A stretch of DNA of 64,000 bases from NCBI GenBank assembly GCA_043228905.1, contig JBHGNT010000010.1, positions 16,802,001 through 16,866,000 on the forward strand. Direction: 5' to 3'. This document shows, piece by piece, positions 13,901 to 27,800 of the stretch. Made by a program: the position numbers and the translations under genes. The notes below the pieces were generated by a model. The model was not told where the DNA came from. It did not search any database and saw nothing but the letters and a program-made list of their open reading frames with translations. The stretch's first letter is position 1; each line of letters starts with the position of its first letter. Origin of the DNA: Azolla caroliniana (taxonomy: Eukaryota > Plantae > Polypodiophyta).

Positions 13901-14475
13901 ATAAGAATTTCATGTAATTTATGCATCTTGGTATGAAGCTTAAGGATATGGAAGAAAGATTAGAAGCTGCTGAAAGATCGAGAGATGAGGCCCTTAGAGA
14001 GGCACATATGTGGAGAGCAGAACTTGCAAAGGAGAGGGAGCATGCCGTTGTACTTGAAGCAGCCCTATTACGTGAGAATGTGAGACAAACCGCTGTTCAT
14101 CCTAAACTTACTCCCATTGCCATATGTGAAGAGGCTATATCTTCCAATCCTGTAGCTGGTTTTGCTAATGAAGCATCGGATATCTCTTCATTGGATGCAA
14201 TCAACTTAAATGAAAAGAAAGACAAAAGGTATAATCAGTAGCTTCACATACCCTGAACTATGGTCACATCATCCCTGTGAATACCAGATAGTAAAATTTG
14301 ACTTCTATTTTGTTTTTATAGTGTGGAAGATGGACGTAGTAACATCGCATATGATATAAATTCCGATGTATCAAGTGTGCCTGTGAATAGTGTAAATCCT
14401 CCTCCACTTAATAATTCTCGTCGTAGTGATGAGATTGGAGCAAGCTCAATAGAACACAATGTTGATATCAGATGA
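10903..14475 (+). CDS. SWAP70: PH-domain plus coiled-coil protein (plant SWAP70-like, At2g30880-like). Exons approx. 10903-10938, 11193-11300, 11948-12008, 12126-12209, 12613-12644, 12755-12836, 12949-13159, 13301-13528, 13939-14228, 14322-14475
   Basis: Spliced product ESLEKIKQQL..LLQG.L.KRSETLHKWNQRWFTLDPTTGKMEY..GLPKYDGCCIYI..KKEYFLCA..ARAWVSTL..LVLRAHKEAVNSLGGSGSAKLGTVAAVVAAAN..ETLRVKDEEL; frame kept across all junctions. First exon least certain. Confidence 0.85.
12645..12754 (+). other. U12-type (minor spliceosome) GT-AG intron
   Basis: 5' site GTATCCTG; branch point CTCCTTAAC at 12731-12739, 13 nt upstream of the AG; no polypyrimidine tract; splicing keeps the frame (CCI/YIQ). Confidence 0.8.
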
Positions 14476-15858
14476 ACAAACAATTTCTGCAGGTATGCAA
14501 TTTTTTCAAAAAGTTATTAATGGAATGTTTGCAAACAGATTCCAAATCTGAATTATCCATGTGCAGGACATACTAATAATAGAACCAGAAGTTATGTTTA
14601 TAACTTATTAAGACGGCTCGACATCTGAAAGAGTTGAGAAGTGGAGACATTTACAAGTGATTTTAAAAAGAAAAATTCTGTTTATTATTAATCGTAAGTA
14701 ACATTATGTGTTTTATAATAGACAGATCTTAAACATTTTGCATGCATGGCATGTGTAATAATAAAGAAAAATTCCATTTATAATTAATCTAAGTAAACAT
14801 TACATGTACTTACAAAATTATCTCGCCCATGTATACAGTTGGTCTCCGCTTATTTAGCTACTTATATATATAGATGGCAATAAAGAGTTCATGATCTAGT
14901 CTAAATTTAGAAGTATAGGGTTGGTTGTGTTGCACTCAAACCAGGTACTATACAAATGCTTCGTCTTTTTTACTTGATACAAAATAAGTAAAATTTCAAT
15001 CAAATCAAACCACGAGAGCTCTAGACTCACACATGTTTTGAGAATCAATTAGCAATGATGCCAACTATTTTCAAACATTAAACTAATTTGAAAGCCAATG
15101 CAGCCGATTTTCTTCTAATTGAGCTACTATGCTGATTGATTATTCCTGGACACGAAGAAGAGAGCTTACTTGAATCGACATAATTTATTCTGATATTGCC
15201 TATTAGAAAGAAAATTTCTATCCACTTTTCATAAATGTCTGATAACAGGTTCAAAACATATGGATATTGAGTTAAAATAATATGGATGTAGAGCTCAACT
15301 ACGTAATTAGACCTTCCAATAAGCAGTTACTGTTCTTGCTAATATAAAAAGCTTATAATTAGATGCTGTACCCACACATGAAAGTTCCATTAGTTGTACG
15401 AATAAGATATGGAGCCATGGTTTAGATAAAGAAGTGATCATGCTTTTTCAGTCCTTCTGCAAGGTATTCTGCTTCTTACTGGAAGTTTTGCATGTATGTT
15501 GCCGGATTTTTTTGAGGCTGATAATTCATTAAAATAGTGAGTATTTCATATATTATAAATATGACATGGCATGTGAAAATAGTTGCATCCAAATATCTCA
15601 CAATAATAGTAGACAAGCATCATGGAATAGTAGCAACAAAAATATCTTACTTTTGCTGATGAAAAAAGAAATGTCACTTCCAGGTTGTATGCCCTTGCAA
15701 ACACCTTTTGCATAACAAAACAAGATCGAGTTGAAAACGAATGTCATTCTAGTATAATGTATGCAAAGATTTTAACCTCTCCCAGATTTTGGGTGACAGT
15801 TTATAAGGAACAAGTTCAGGGTTTACAAGGAATAAGTTCAGGGTTACAAGCTTTATTG

Positions 15859-17139
15859 TCATTTCTTCCCTCGAGACATTGAACTTAAAATATGATATCC
15901 GCATCCTGGAAAATATAGGTCTTTCCTCTCTGTTTATACGTTCCTACAGCCTGGCTATTCAAATACAGTAGAAGCAAGTAAAGATCACAAGGATTTACTC
16001 AAGTATGTGTTCGATTCATGTCCACTTGACAGATAATTGATACCTTTACTGCACACTCAGATCCCAAGTCCTCTGGTCCCTCAAATTTCATTACATGCAA
16101 AAAAGATTATATTTTACTTCAGAGCACCTCCAACACAGATCTCCAACAGTTTTCTTAAGTATTTGTTCTCTGATTTTACCTCCGCACAAATGAAACCCTT
16201 CTCAAAATCGCCGTGAATGGCTCCTGCAGTCTGAGGAGCTTTTGTTTGTTTCCAAATTTGCCAGCACTTAACCTGCAAAATACAATATTTACATACCTAA
16301 ACCTTAGTACATATTATGTATCCGTGACACCGAGAAGTTAATATCAAATAATGACCTCCCTAAGTAGCAAACTTTGTCTAGCAATCTTAAATAGTTGCTG
16401 ACAGTCCGTCCCTATTATATTCCCATGCCACCCAAAAATTAATAACAAACAATGCCATCCCCCAACAGTCATAAACTTTGTCCAATGCTCATAATAGTCA
16501 GTTATATCATATTGCTATAATACTTCAATCACCCATCCAATCTAATTCTATGCAAAAGTGGGCAATAATATTTAGGAACACTGCAATTGAAGCCTAAAAT
16601 ATAAGACTACACCAGGCTACCTCATCTGGTCCAGCTGTGAAGAAATAAATCAAATTTATGTCAGAAAACCCTGTCTTGATTATCTCTGGGAATGGGCTGT
16701 AATCCAACCATAGCAGCACATTTATACAGTGAACATGAAATATGCAAAATGCTGATGGTGAGAAACCGACCTTTGTAACTGATTTTCTTTGCAAATCATC
16801 AGGTAAGTCTATTAACTTCTGCTCAAATATTCCACTAAATGGGATAAGGGGCTCACCACCATGTTCCGGCACCCGTCAATTTGGAAATGTCAATCACAAA
16901 CTGCTCACGGAGATCTTGACAATGATATGCATCAAAAACCTACCTTCCTGTGTGTGTTATGTGCTACAGAGATCATTAAGCTGTCCAAACTTATGGTGGA
17001 TTATCATACCAGCTATGAATCTTTGGAAGCCACTTATTCTTTTTATAACAACTCAAATCACCTTACATTTGTATATTTCTATTCACCAAGTAATCCCGTA
17101 TACAGAGTTCCATTGGAAGCCTTGTATGTTCCAGCTTGA
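15859..17139 (-). pseudogene. OLA1: OLA1/YchF pseudogene, 3' half only, intron-containing
   Basis: Exon remnants [70 protein letters not shown]; 14-nt deletion frameshift near 16790, acceptor AG mutated to AT near 16094, frameshifts in last exon, N-terminal exons missing. Confidence 0.85.
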
Positions 17140-17309
17140 CCTGCAATGTCATCTATACAGTTAATGTACTCTTGATATTTTACCTAGAACTATCATTCAG
17201 AGATGACCATTTCAGATAAGACATCTAATCATGTATTGGTACAAGGAGCTCAATAAGGATCTCCATTTAGATTGATATTCCTATTTTGCACATTATATAT
17301 AACACAACT

Positions 17310-17770
17310 TTGATACAAGGGAGCCCCAAGTAGCATAGACTACCCCACCACATCAACAAGAGGGAGTGTAACCATTGATCGTAGGCGGGCCTATTGAAGA
17401 CCATAAAGTTTGGATCCTCATTGTTAGCTTAACTAGCCTAACTTTGTAATAATTTTGTCATGATGTAATCCTTATTTTGTAAAGGGAATTTCTTTTGTAA
17501 AAAAAAACTTGTGTTAATCGGGTGCAATTAGTCCTAATCCTGTGTTAACCACTAAGTGTTGTCATGGTGAGAGGTAGAGTGAGGGGGAATGAGGTCAAAA
17601 CATGGTGTCAAAAAAAGGTTAAGGAATTCTAAGGTTTTCTCGACTCGAGTCTAAGCTTTCCTCGTCTCTAAGGTTTCCTTGAGTCTAAGCTTTGAACCGA
17701 TAGTGTTATTTCAGATAATGGGGAAATTACACGAGGCTACCCACAAAGGGGTTTAAAGTCTTCTCACATG
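17310..17770 (+). mobile_element. Possible LTR plus PBS remnant
   Basis: ttgtaat/ttgtaa-rich LTR-like tract ending ...aaaaca followed by tggtgtca (tRNA-Met PBS-like TGGTATCA) at ~17603, then short gagtctaagcttt repeats. Confidence 0.35.
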
Positions 17771-18601
17771 ACTTCACATCCTCATTGGTTCAGGTTCCCC
17801 ACAATCCCACTTGAGTACATACACACATGTTATGTGACATTGGCAGCCCGAATCCCTTGGCTTACAACATCGACGTGGAGGTAGAACTCGGTTGCTCATT
17901 AGATGTACTCTTGGTCGTGTGCAAATTGAGACAACAGAATCAATGGCAAAGTTATAGTGGACACCCTTGGTTTTGTTGTTCAATGGTGTAGTGATGGTGT
18001 TGTATAGTGGGTTGACATAGTGGAATTTATTTCCTTGTTCCATGGGCAAACTTGTCAAAAATGGTGTAGCTACGTCATAAACATCATTCATGAGGAAGGA
18101 TGCCTCCAAGGCTTTGAGTTGTCAATTGACAATATTTCACACTTTGCAATTGTGGAGAAGAATACGAAATGAAAGATCTCCATTAATTATAAAGGGAGAT
18201 GATGAATCTGAGACAAGATGTGTTGTAGCACAATGATGATTTTATTCTATATTACTTTCTCTTTTGCACGGAAAGGCATTTGCACATATTTAGTATACAT
18301 TATAACAAAGAAACATATCAAGTGACATGCTTTACTTCTCACCTAACTAATTTAACATCAATTCATTAGACTCTTAATATTGGCCTTGGGACTTTGCGCT
18401 TATTTACAAGTTACAATAGTTGCATGGGTGAGCCAGATTACAAGTCACCACCAATGGCCAACAATACCAAGCATTAAGTGTGCACACAAGACAGTCTTAT
18501 AATATTTTTTGTTTCCTTTTTTACAAAAATAATGTCTTGCAATCAAGCTTTGTATGGTATTTCGCCTCGTTCGCATAAAAGGAACTTTTTATTGGATTAA
18601 A

Positions 18602-18950
18602 AAGTTTTAATCTCAAATCTTATGAATGGAATGCACAATCGCATGCACACCATGTTAGGGCTTAATTAATGGAAGAAATGTGACTAGTTTTGATTGTGCT
18701 TATTCTATGCGGTATCATACATAGATGATGCCAATTTTCCTAATACCCTTTCAAGTTTTAATCTCAAATCTTATGAATGGAATCCACAATCGCATGCACA
18801 CCATGTTAGGGCTTATGTAATGGAAGAAATGTGACTTGTTTTGATTGTGATTCTATGGAGTATAATACATAGACGAGGCCAATTTTCCTGATACCCTTTC
18901 AAGTTTTTATCCGAGTTTGTGTATGAGATCTTAAGTAATGGAAGAAAAGT
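18602..18950. repeat. Tandem duplication ~150 bp (2 copies plus partial)
   Basis: aatctcaaatcttatgaatggaat..caccatgttagggctta..ataccctttcaagttttta repeated. Confidence 0.85.
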
Positions 18951-19147
18951 GTAGTATCGATCGTACGCATTACTTAAATGAGATATATTATGAAAAAGAT
19001 TATTTCCTATGATCAAATACTGTTTTTCGTAAAGAGAACCCTTATTTTTTCATGAAGCTTGCTTGATTTTATTTATTTATAACTTTCTAAAGCAAGCATT
19101 GTATTGGAAGATTCGATATGTATATCCCATTCATCTAGATTTATCGT

Positions 19148-20748
19148 TTAGTAAGCAACTTGCAAATAGGGTAACATATTCGGCATACGTTGTGCAGACC
19201 CAGTCTTAAGTTTGAGATGGGGTTTCATGGATAAAAGGTACTTGTAATACTCAACATGGATATTCAATCCCCACACATTTATGGTGCACAAATTCGGACA
19301 CCCACTTCCCAATGACACAATCCCTTTCTCGGTAACATGTTTGCATCCCCAGAGATTCAAGACCTGGACAAAGGTAAAGAACAAACTTTAGTTCTCCGTC
19401 ACAACATAGTTTTGAAGAGGATTGGCCTAGTGATTTGAATGCTTGCATTGTAAACCAAATGTTGGTAATTCAACTCTCGCCCTCTCTCTTCTTGCCTTCT
19501 CTTAAGAGAAAAATATATAAAGGTGAGATTATGTAATAGTTACCTTGAGCTTATGACAATGTTTGGCAATAACAAAGAGAGAATTATCAGTGATGAATGT
19601 TCCACCCACATTCAAATGCTCTAGAGAGAGCGCCTTGGATACCTAAATGTAACCATTCGAGTTAATAAACTAGTAGACTTCTTTGACAAGTATAAGAGAT
19701 TTGTAAAACATTTCATGATATACGAGACAAGTCCCTTGCTTTCACAAAAATTTGCAATCTTCTCATTGTTTGAATATTGTCAAGCTTGCTTAAAAACAAC
19801 ATACAACAGTGCATACTTTCGGCCACTCAAAGGACGATAGTAAATCTATTTAATAAACATTGTAAATATGGTGAATATATGTAGAATAGAGCATACCAAT
19901 TGGATGACACCCTCGTCAGTTATTGCTGATACACCCCATAGAGAAATAGAGGTTAAATTTGGACAACAATGTGCAAGGGATATTCTCTTTAGCCCAACGT
20001 TTGTGATGTTGCATCCCCACCTACTCGAGGAACTGTTCAATAATGAAAGAAAAGACACTTGAACATACACATGCATTGTAAGTTGTATCTATGCTTTATA
20101 TTTGAAGCTAGGAAACAAAGTATGCCTAAAGATGCACGAATCACCATATGGGTAGCTGAAATATCCAATCTCTGAAGGATAATAAGTGATTTGGAGCTTC
20201 ATTTTTTACTAGGGACACCAGGGTCTATTGTCTAAATACTACAATATTCATTAAGTACACATTAATTCATGTCAATGTCATGAGTAGGTGATCACTCCAT
20301 TACGCAATTTATATGAGCTTTTGTCCCTTGCCATGCAAATTTTCGTAGTCGAAATGCTGATAAATGTCCGTGCACTTGTAAATGTATATTATATCATACA
20401 TGTGAATGTTTACTGAAGATTATACGCCCAATATATAAACATTGTAAGAAACAAATAAATAGAGTTAATGATTAAGGAAAACGAGAGATACATGTCAAGC
20501 TCATGGAGACTGTAGGCACCTTCCACCAGTCTCACAACACACTCATCGTCAACTCGCCATCCCGAGAAGCTGAGTTTTTGTCTATACATAAGCGCACGTC
20601 GGACACCCTCTCTCCATTTCCTACAGACTCCACTTGCCCTGATGAAAATAGCATGACCAACAAAAAAAAACACATCATGAAATCATAATACAAATATATA
20701 AGTAGATGTACCTTGGATTGCTTTTCAAAGATTGATTTCCATCAACAC

Positions 20749-20841
<93 letters not shown>

Positions 20842-22167
20842 TTCAATGCTCCACCTTCAATTGTGTTACTACAATGTTTGCTCTCTCATTTGCTATGTTC
20901 ACGAGTAAAATCGTTGAACATCAAGAGCCACATATAAAGTACATGCATAGTATACCCCCACAGTCTGATGCATGTAGGCCTTATTTGACCTCCATGGATG
21001 ATAATAGTATCTCTCCCTTTATTGCATTAGGGCAACAGGACTATACACTTAGTGGTATGCCAAAGCTTTACAAAACCACCCTCCCGGCTTAAAATTTCAC
21101 TATGCATGCACTACTTTTACTAGATGCGGTTACAGAATGTACGGGATTAAATGCATGACCTTTGGGTCTCAGGTGGATAAACTTAGCAACTGACCTACAA
21201 TAAACTAGGTGTAAGAAAATCTCCCTTCCTCTCCCATTTCTATATGTAATTGGGTAATTGCATTCAGTACTATGTTGTCGAAAAGTCAGGAAACAACTAC
21301 ATTTCTGAAAAAGAAATCAAAGAGACCACTGCAAGCCACAAAAATCTCCTTTCCTCTCCCATATCTGTATGTAATTGGGTAATTGTATTCAGTACTATGT
21401 TGTAGAAAAGTCAGGAAACAACTACATTTCTGAAAAAGAAATCAAAGAGACCACTGCAAGCCACAAAAACCATAGTAGGGAATAAGGCTAAGATGCTGGA
21501 TTGCCAGTGACAGGGACCTCTCAAATGGCTGATACGGCTGAAACTTGAACGCGTTCCGGACGGTCCAATTATGCCATCAGGATGCATGAGTCGTCTGGCT
21601 AACAGAACAGAAAACTCCGGAATGGTTGATTACTCAAGGCGGATGAAGCTCTTCCTACGGACTTTTCCGAAATCCTCCCAAGTACCCCTCTTTTTTCCAA
21701 TCCCTCTCTTCTTCTTCTAGAAACTTCTTGATTCTTCTTCTACAATCTTCTTGATTCTTCTTCTAGAATCTACTTGATTCTTCTTCTAGAATCTACTTGA
21801 TTCTTCTTCTACAATCTTCTTCTTCTTCTTGATTCTTCTTCTACTTCCTGTGTTAGGGCTACATGAAACCCTAATGTTAAGCCAAGTTTTTACCTAACCC
21901 AGAGCGCACCCAGTTTAGAGCTGGTGTACTGCTTACTATACACACAGACATTTACCAGATACCTTTCGCCAAGGAATGACAGGGGTTGAAGGCAGGACCT
22001 TCTTTTCTCTGTGTGTGTGTGTGTGTGTGTGTTCGAACTTACATGGCCAAATCCTTGAAAGATTGAAGACGAAGAAGGCATAGAGCGAGCATGTCTTGGG
22101 GAAGGACGTCTATTATCGACGAAGACGATGAAGTACAGTGCTGCAGCCCTGCCTCCGCAGAATCCAT
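19148..22167 (-). CDS. F-box/LRR (RNI-like) protein, paralog A (At5g67140-like). 5 exons approx. 22167-22043, 20638-20492, 20031-19897, 19642-19544, 19363-19148
   Basis: F-box IDVLPQDMLALCLLRLQSFKDLAMASGVCRKWR; LRRs SRWGCNIT..CCPNLTSISLWG, LEHLNVGGTFITD, LNLWGCKHVTEKG; GT-AG junctions in frame. Confidence 0.88.
21210..21863. mobile_element. Solo-LTR/TRIM-like insert in F-box A intron 1, containing a 2 x 125-bp tandem (21216-21469) and a TTCTTG/TCT-rich array
   Basis: TGTAAG...CTACA ends and internal repeats; no matching TSD seen. Confidence 0.4.
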
Positions 22168-22188
22168 GGCGATGAGACCAAAATAGAG

Positions 22189-22222
<34 letters not shown>

Positions 22223-22242
22223 AGATGAAAATTCCTGCACAA

Positions 22243-22283
<41 letters not shown>

Positions 22284-22321
22284 TGGCGACATATGAGAGA
22301 GAGACAGAGGTGGGAGCCATT

Positions 22322-22393
22322 CCACGTGTAGTCTTTCATCCAATCATATTCCGCCACGTAAACGCCTTGGATCCAACCACATCCCGCCACGTG
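22322..22393. promoter_or_regulatory. ERSE/G-box cluster upstream of F-box A
   Basis: CCAAT-N9-CCACG at 22340-22358, CCAAC-N9-CCACG at 22373-22391, extra CCACGTG at 22322. Confidence 0.65.
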
Positions 22394-24849
22394 GCTTTTC
22401 AACCGCGCCCATATTATGTTGACATTATGGGATATATTTATTTATTGCGTAAAATTCCTTTGAAATTATATTCTGCATACATAATAAAAAAAATTTTAAA
22501 ACACTCGATATTAAATTTATTTGAAATTTGAAATTTTTTATCTATTTACGATGAATTTTTTCTTTTAGCACTATTACAATTATCTCCCTTTTTTTTCTTT
22601 ATAATTACATATATGAACTCAATAGTTTCTCATTTCTTTTTTCTTTCTTAGCTGCATATTAACTCCCTGTTGTAATTATTTCTTCTTAATTTGACTAATT
22701 ACTAGTTATTAATTTGACTAATCACTAGCAATTATCTACCAATTACTAATGGTTGATTGCTACATACTAATTATATAACTACTAATTTGGATTAAAATGG
22801 ATGATGATGATGATGATGGCCATATAGCTCCTTCTTCCTTACAACATAACAATCTAATGTGTATGCAAATGTTGGCGTAATGAAAATGAATGACCATTCT
22901 TGTCCCGTGTGTGTAATGAAATGTCTCAATCTCTATGCGTTGTTGTTAATATGTGCACATAATGTGCACATTGCATACATATATTGTACTGTCAAAAGTT
23001 AAAAGAGAAACAACGGGAGAAAAAGAAGAAGAAGAAGGGGGAAAAAAAGAAAAGATCTTTGCTTTACGAGCATCTCCCATGCTTTTAATACGATTCTCTT
23101 TATCAGCCAATGGCATCTATGACCACATTCTCGTCCTCCGGTGTATCTTTTTCTTTTATACTGATTGGGTATACATGCACATATGTCCACAAACAACATA
23201 GCTATATGTGAATGCATACTTAAACAATGTGCAGACATATGTTGTTTAGTTAGCATAAATATGTAATTGTCGCGCAAACTTTTGTCAAAGTTTTACACCG
23301 TCTAGATATTAAGTGTTGTAAAAGACTAATAAATTTACAGTTTCAGAAAATTGCCATAAAGTGCCATTTATGTTGGCTTGTTTTCAAGAAGCACCTATAG
23401 ATGTGTGTTTTTTTGTACACACACGTGCTTGGTCACTCATAGCTTGGCTTCTAATCACATCCAAATTAACAAGTTTTAGCTACAACACTAAAGTCTACAT
23501 AAATTTGTTGGAAAAATGTGCTTTTTTTCATTAAACTTTATCTTCTAAACAAAACAATCATTAATATAAATCTGTTGTTTGCTAGAATTTTTGTTGCCAA
23601 TAATGCATTGTAGTCATAAAAAAGATGCCCTACACCTTCCATACTCTTCATTCTCCAATCAACAACTTACTCTTACTATCTCAAAATACTCGATAATAAT
23701 TTGCCAACATTAGAACACAGTGAGCTTTTATGAGCATAATACATAACTTGACATCAAAAGCCAGATGATTGGTAGTAAAGTATTGATTCTTCTTGCTTGC
23801 AATTTTTATTTTGAATGCCAAGTTATATGTGAGAAAGGGTATCAAAAGAGAATTTATTAGGTTATTACTTTATCAATCCAAATACTGACTATGAGATTTC
23901 AAACTACGAGATAGTCATTTTGCAACAAGAGACTAGTCGAAATGATAAAGGCATCTCACCATAAAAGTGCCAAAGCTTTATACCTATTCTTGTTAAAGAA
24001 GCTACATGAACATATATTGGTTATAACAACTAATTGTACTTGTAAGTTGTCATTTATCTTCGAGACTACTACATTTGAGAATATAATGATGCCATAATAT
24101 GTTTCTTCAATAACTAGATCACCGTAGTACAGAATTGCAATTATGAAAGTCTAGAATTTGTTTACATCGCTCACTCCTTATTCACAACAGTCAATAATCT
24201 TATGCGTGACAAGTTAATTAATATGATGTGGTATCACCTCAACCATGCACATGTTTGAATGCTCTTCAAATGGGCTTGTGCTGATGTGTACCCCACAGCA
24301 AAACTATCACGAAAGATTATCGCCACATTATAGTACCATTGTCATCATACCCATACAACCAAACAATCTAGCTGTCGCATGTTTGGCCCATCTTAAGTGG
24401 TGCAAAATGGAAACTCAACATTGAGCATCACCACAACACATCACTTCTCAATATCAAAGAGCATGTCCTTTCTGTTCCCATGTTCCTTTTTGCCTTTTTT
24501 CCAAGAAGAGAATACCCAAAAGAAGTGTTGATAACAGAAATCAGCTCGGAATCCTTTCTAAACGATGACAACAAGAATGACTCCAAAACATCAAATGAAG
24601 TAAAAAAACAAATGTGAACTTGACAAAAAAAGCTTTTTCAAAACCTTTCCGATATTCTCCTTTCCAAATGTGAAAAACGAATCTCACCTCAGTTACAAAG
24701 CCATAATGGACTTCCATCTATCTCATTATAAGACCCATCAAGCAAAAGCAAAATAACTTTGCAAACATCTTTCCCGGATTATCGATAATATGGAAAGTGA
24801 AAGGAGAAAATATATATTAAGCAGCACATTTATTGATCCAGTAAGCGTA

Positions 24850-27800
24850 TCAGCCAAACAATCCACCCGAACCAAGCTCTGCTTGACGCAGCTCTCGCTT
24901 CCGCTGTTCAAGTAGTGGATCAGGACTCTTCATGAGCCTCCTCGATCTCCTGATCCGTCATAACATCATAAGCAGAAAAACGTAAGGACCTTTCTTACAA
25001 AAACTTAGAAATTATGAAAAGTTTATGAGGGTAACTCAGATAGTTATGAAAAGCATACGTGGTGCATACATCGGTGCATAATGATGGAAATAGATACATT
25101 ATTTGCACAAATATCCAATATATGGCCAGAAAATTTGTCGAGCATGCATATAAACCTTCCTTGCAATACCCCTCTAAAGCAAAGTTATGAAAGCTATAAA
25201 GTCCTCAGGTATAAAAATAAGGTGCCCTATAATGGTTTGGCAAACTAACTAAAATTTGGCAAAACCTAGTCAAGAATTCTTGTAAATTTTGGAGAAACTT
25301 TCAAACACATTAATTTCACTTTTTTACTGCGGTATCAGTGCCATCAACATGCCAACCCTGAAATGCACTACCATGTTTTCAGATGGTCGTTTTGTCTTCA
25401 ATGTTTAACTAGTGAGCACAGTCCTAGGCTCTGCGTATCTATCTTTCACATTGTGCTTTCTCATAGAAATAAGCCACAAATGAAAATGCCCATCAATCAC
25501 ATTCTATTCATCTGTAATCTTCTTCCAGAAACATCTTAAAATGTGGTCAATAACTTTTACTTAGGAAGTGCGTATTTTAAAGGCCTTTCAGAAGAATGTT
25601 GCAGCTTTGGTTTTCCTAAAGAAATGGCGTAAAAGTTGAAGCTGCATGTTTCTGTTTCATAGCTAGACAAACATAGCATTTGGTTACCTGTCCTGTTCGC
25701 TCCGGGCTGGATAAGTGGGCATCAATTCCTTCATCTTTGGAAGTGGAACCTCCTTGAACCAATCATGGTTCAGTGCCTCCTCAGCTGTTATACGCTGGAA
25801 GCATATGAACATTTGTAAGTGTCACGCTGTTAATGAGATATTTCATTAATGCAAAAGTGGGATATTTAACATTGACGCAAGATATAAAAACCTTTTTTGG
25901 ATCATACAATAAAAGTCTATTCAATAGATTGAATCCACTTTCTGACAAAGGTGGCCGACCAGCAAATGCTGTGGGAGGGAATTTCTCCCTCAACCTATTG
26001 AAGCTGGAAAGGCAAATTTTGCAAAAAGAAATGGAAAATGAGGATCAAATAAATGCTGAATTGCCACCAAACAGCCAATTTAGCATAAGTTACTCACGGT
26101 TGTTTGACGAAATTGCACTTCACACCAGGTAATTTTGCAAAGTCAGGCCATATTGTTTCGTTAGGAGTCCCCAATGTTTTGAATATCTGCACGGAATGAT
26201 CATATACAAAGGTCAGTCGCCCAAGAGAACTATTACCTTTCTTGAAAGCAATGTACAAAATATGAGAGGTGAATGAGTTGAATTGAAAAACAATAATGTA
26301 GCCTAATATGGTATGTACTTGAAGGTGGAAGTTTCTACTTTTTGTAACAGTAGGCTATTTATACCTGTGAAGTAGAAGTTTCCATTTAACTTAACAAATG
26401 CGTCGATTCAACAAAGTAAATATACTACAGAAGATATTTTCAAAAATCACAGTTGCTTCCATAAATGTATGGTTCGCCATACAGTGGAATTCAGAGGACA
26501 GTCTTTAGCACATTAGATATGCCACCTGTGACGTTACTGAACTCTCTTGACATTTCAAACACATATGTTATTGAAGCCCACTAGTTCAAGTTTGCTTTTG
26601 CTATCCTATTGTCCTATTAAAAATTCACTCTATTAAATCCCTCAGAAAATATTTTCCAGTTTAAAATTGTACACACTGTTTTACTTTGCTAGCTTCAGAA
26701 ATCACATACATGTGTGTCCTGCAAAGCCAATATTCTATTTTGTTTTCGAGAGAAGTAATATGAATCATTTAAAATCTTGACTGAACATTTCCTTTCTGTT
26801 GATTAGATAGGAAAGGGAAAATGTAATACCCATTAATCAAATCAATTATTGCTATAGGTTCCTTCCAGTTTTTGAGAGGAGTAAATATTGCTTAGATAAA
26901 TTCAATAGGCATATTAAAGTGACATAACTCATAGTTGCCAGCCTGATAAGATACAAGGTAAATGAGTTTTCTCCAAGTTAGGGACTAAAAGGAAATGATC
27001 GCCTTTGCCCATACTAATTAATAAGCATATGAAAGTGTATCCATGAACTATGTAATATAAAAGCAAGTTACAACACATTAAATCAAGGTCCACTCTGTTT
27101 CCCAGGCAAACATCTGTTTTACATATCCATGGTGCAAGTTTCCCTCAAACAGACACCTAGAATAAAAGACATAAAGTCACGTGAGGTAGAAGGATCCAAT
27201 CCATGTGCATCAAGACATCAAACAGCAAACGCTCATCTTATGTACTCCAAAGATATGTGTGAAGACATACCTTATCCAACTGATCCAATTCATTTTTTCC
27301 ATTGAATAGAGGTTCTTTGGCTAAAAACTCAGCCATAATACAACCCAAAGACCACATGTCTACAGCAGTTGAGTATTGCTTGCACCCTAATAGAAGCTCT
27401 GGAGCCCTAGAAATGGAGCAACCTTTTGTAAGAAAACATCAAGTCACAAAATATATAGAACTTGCCTTGCAAGTGAAAGAATTAAACATGTTACCTGTAC
27501 CAAAGTGTGACAACCATGTGAGTATATGTTTTAAGTGGGCTTCCATACTGTCTTGCCAGGCCAAAATCACAAATTTTTAGTTCACCTCGATTATTTAAGA
27601 GAAGATTTGACGTCTTCAAATCCCTGTAAAGGCATCCACACGAATTATATGTAATATTCTACATGGAGAGAAAAAAAGTTGCCTGAAGATTTCAAAGCAA
27701 GCATGCTACACCTGAATTAAGTCATATAAACTACAACATATTTTTTATTAATGAGACACTATATGATCATGTATCAAACCTACAAGATCATAATTGAATT

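Noticed and set aside
16742-17164. 140-aa plus-strand ORF
   Set aside because: Antisense to OLA1 pseudogene exons and introns; no recognisable motifs
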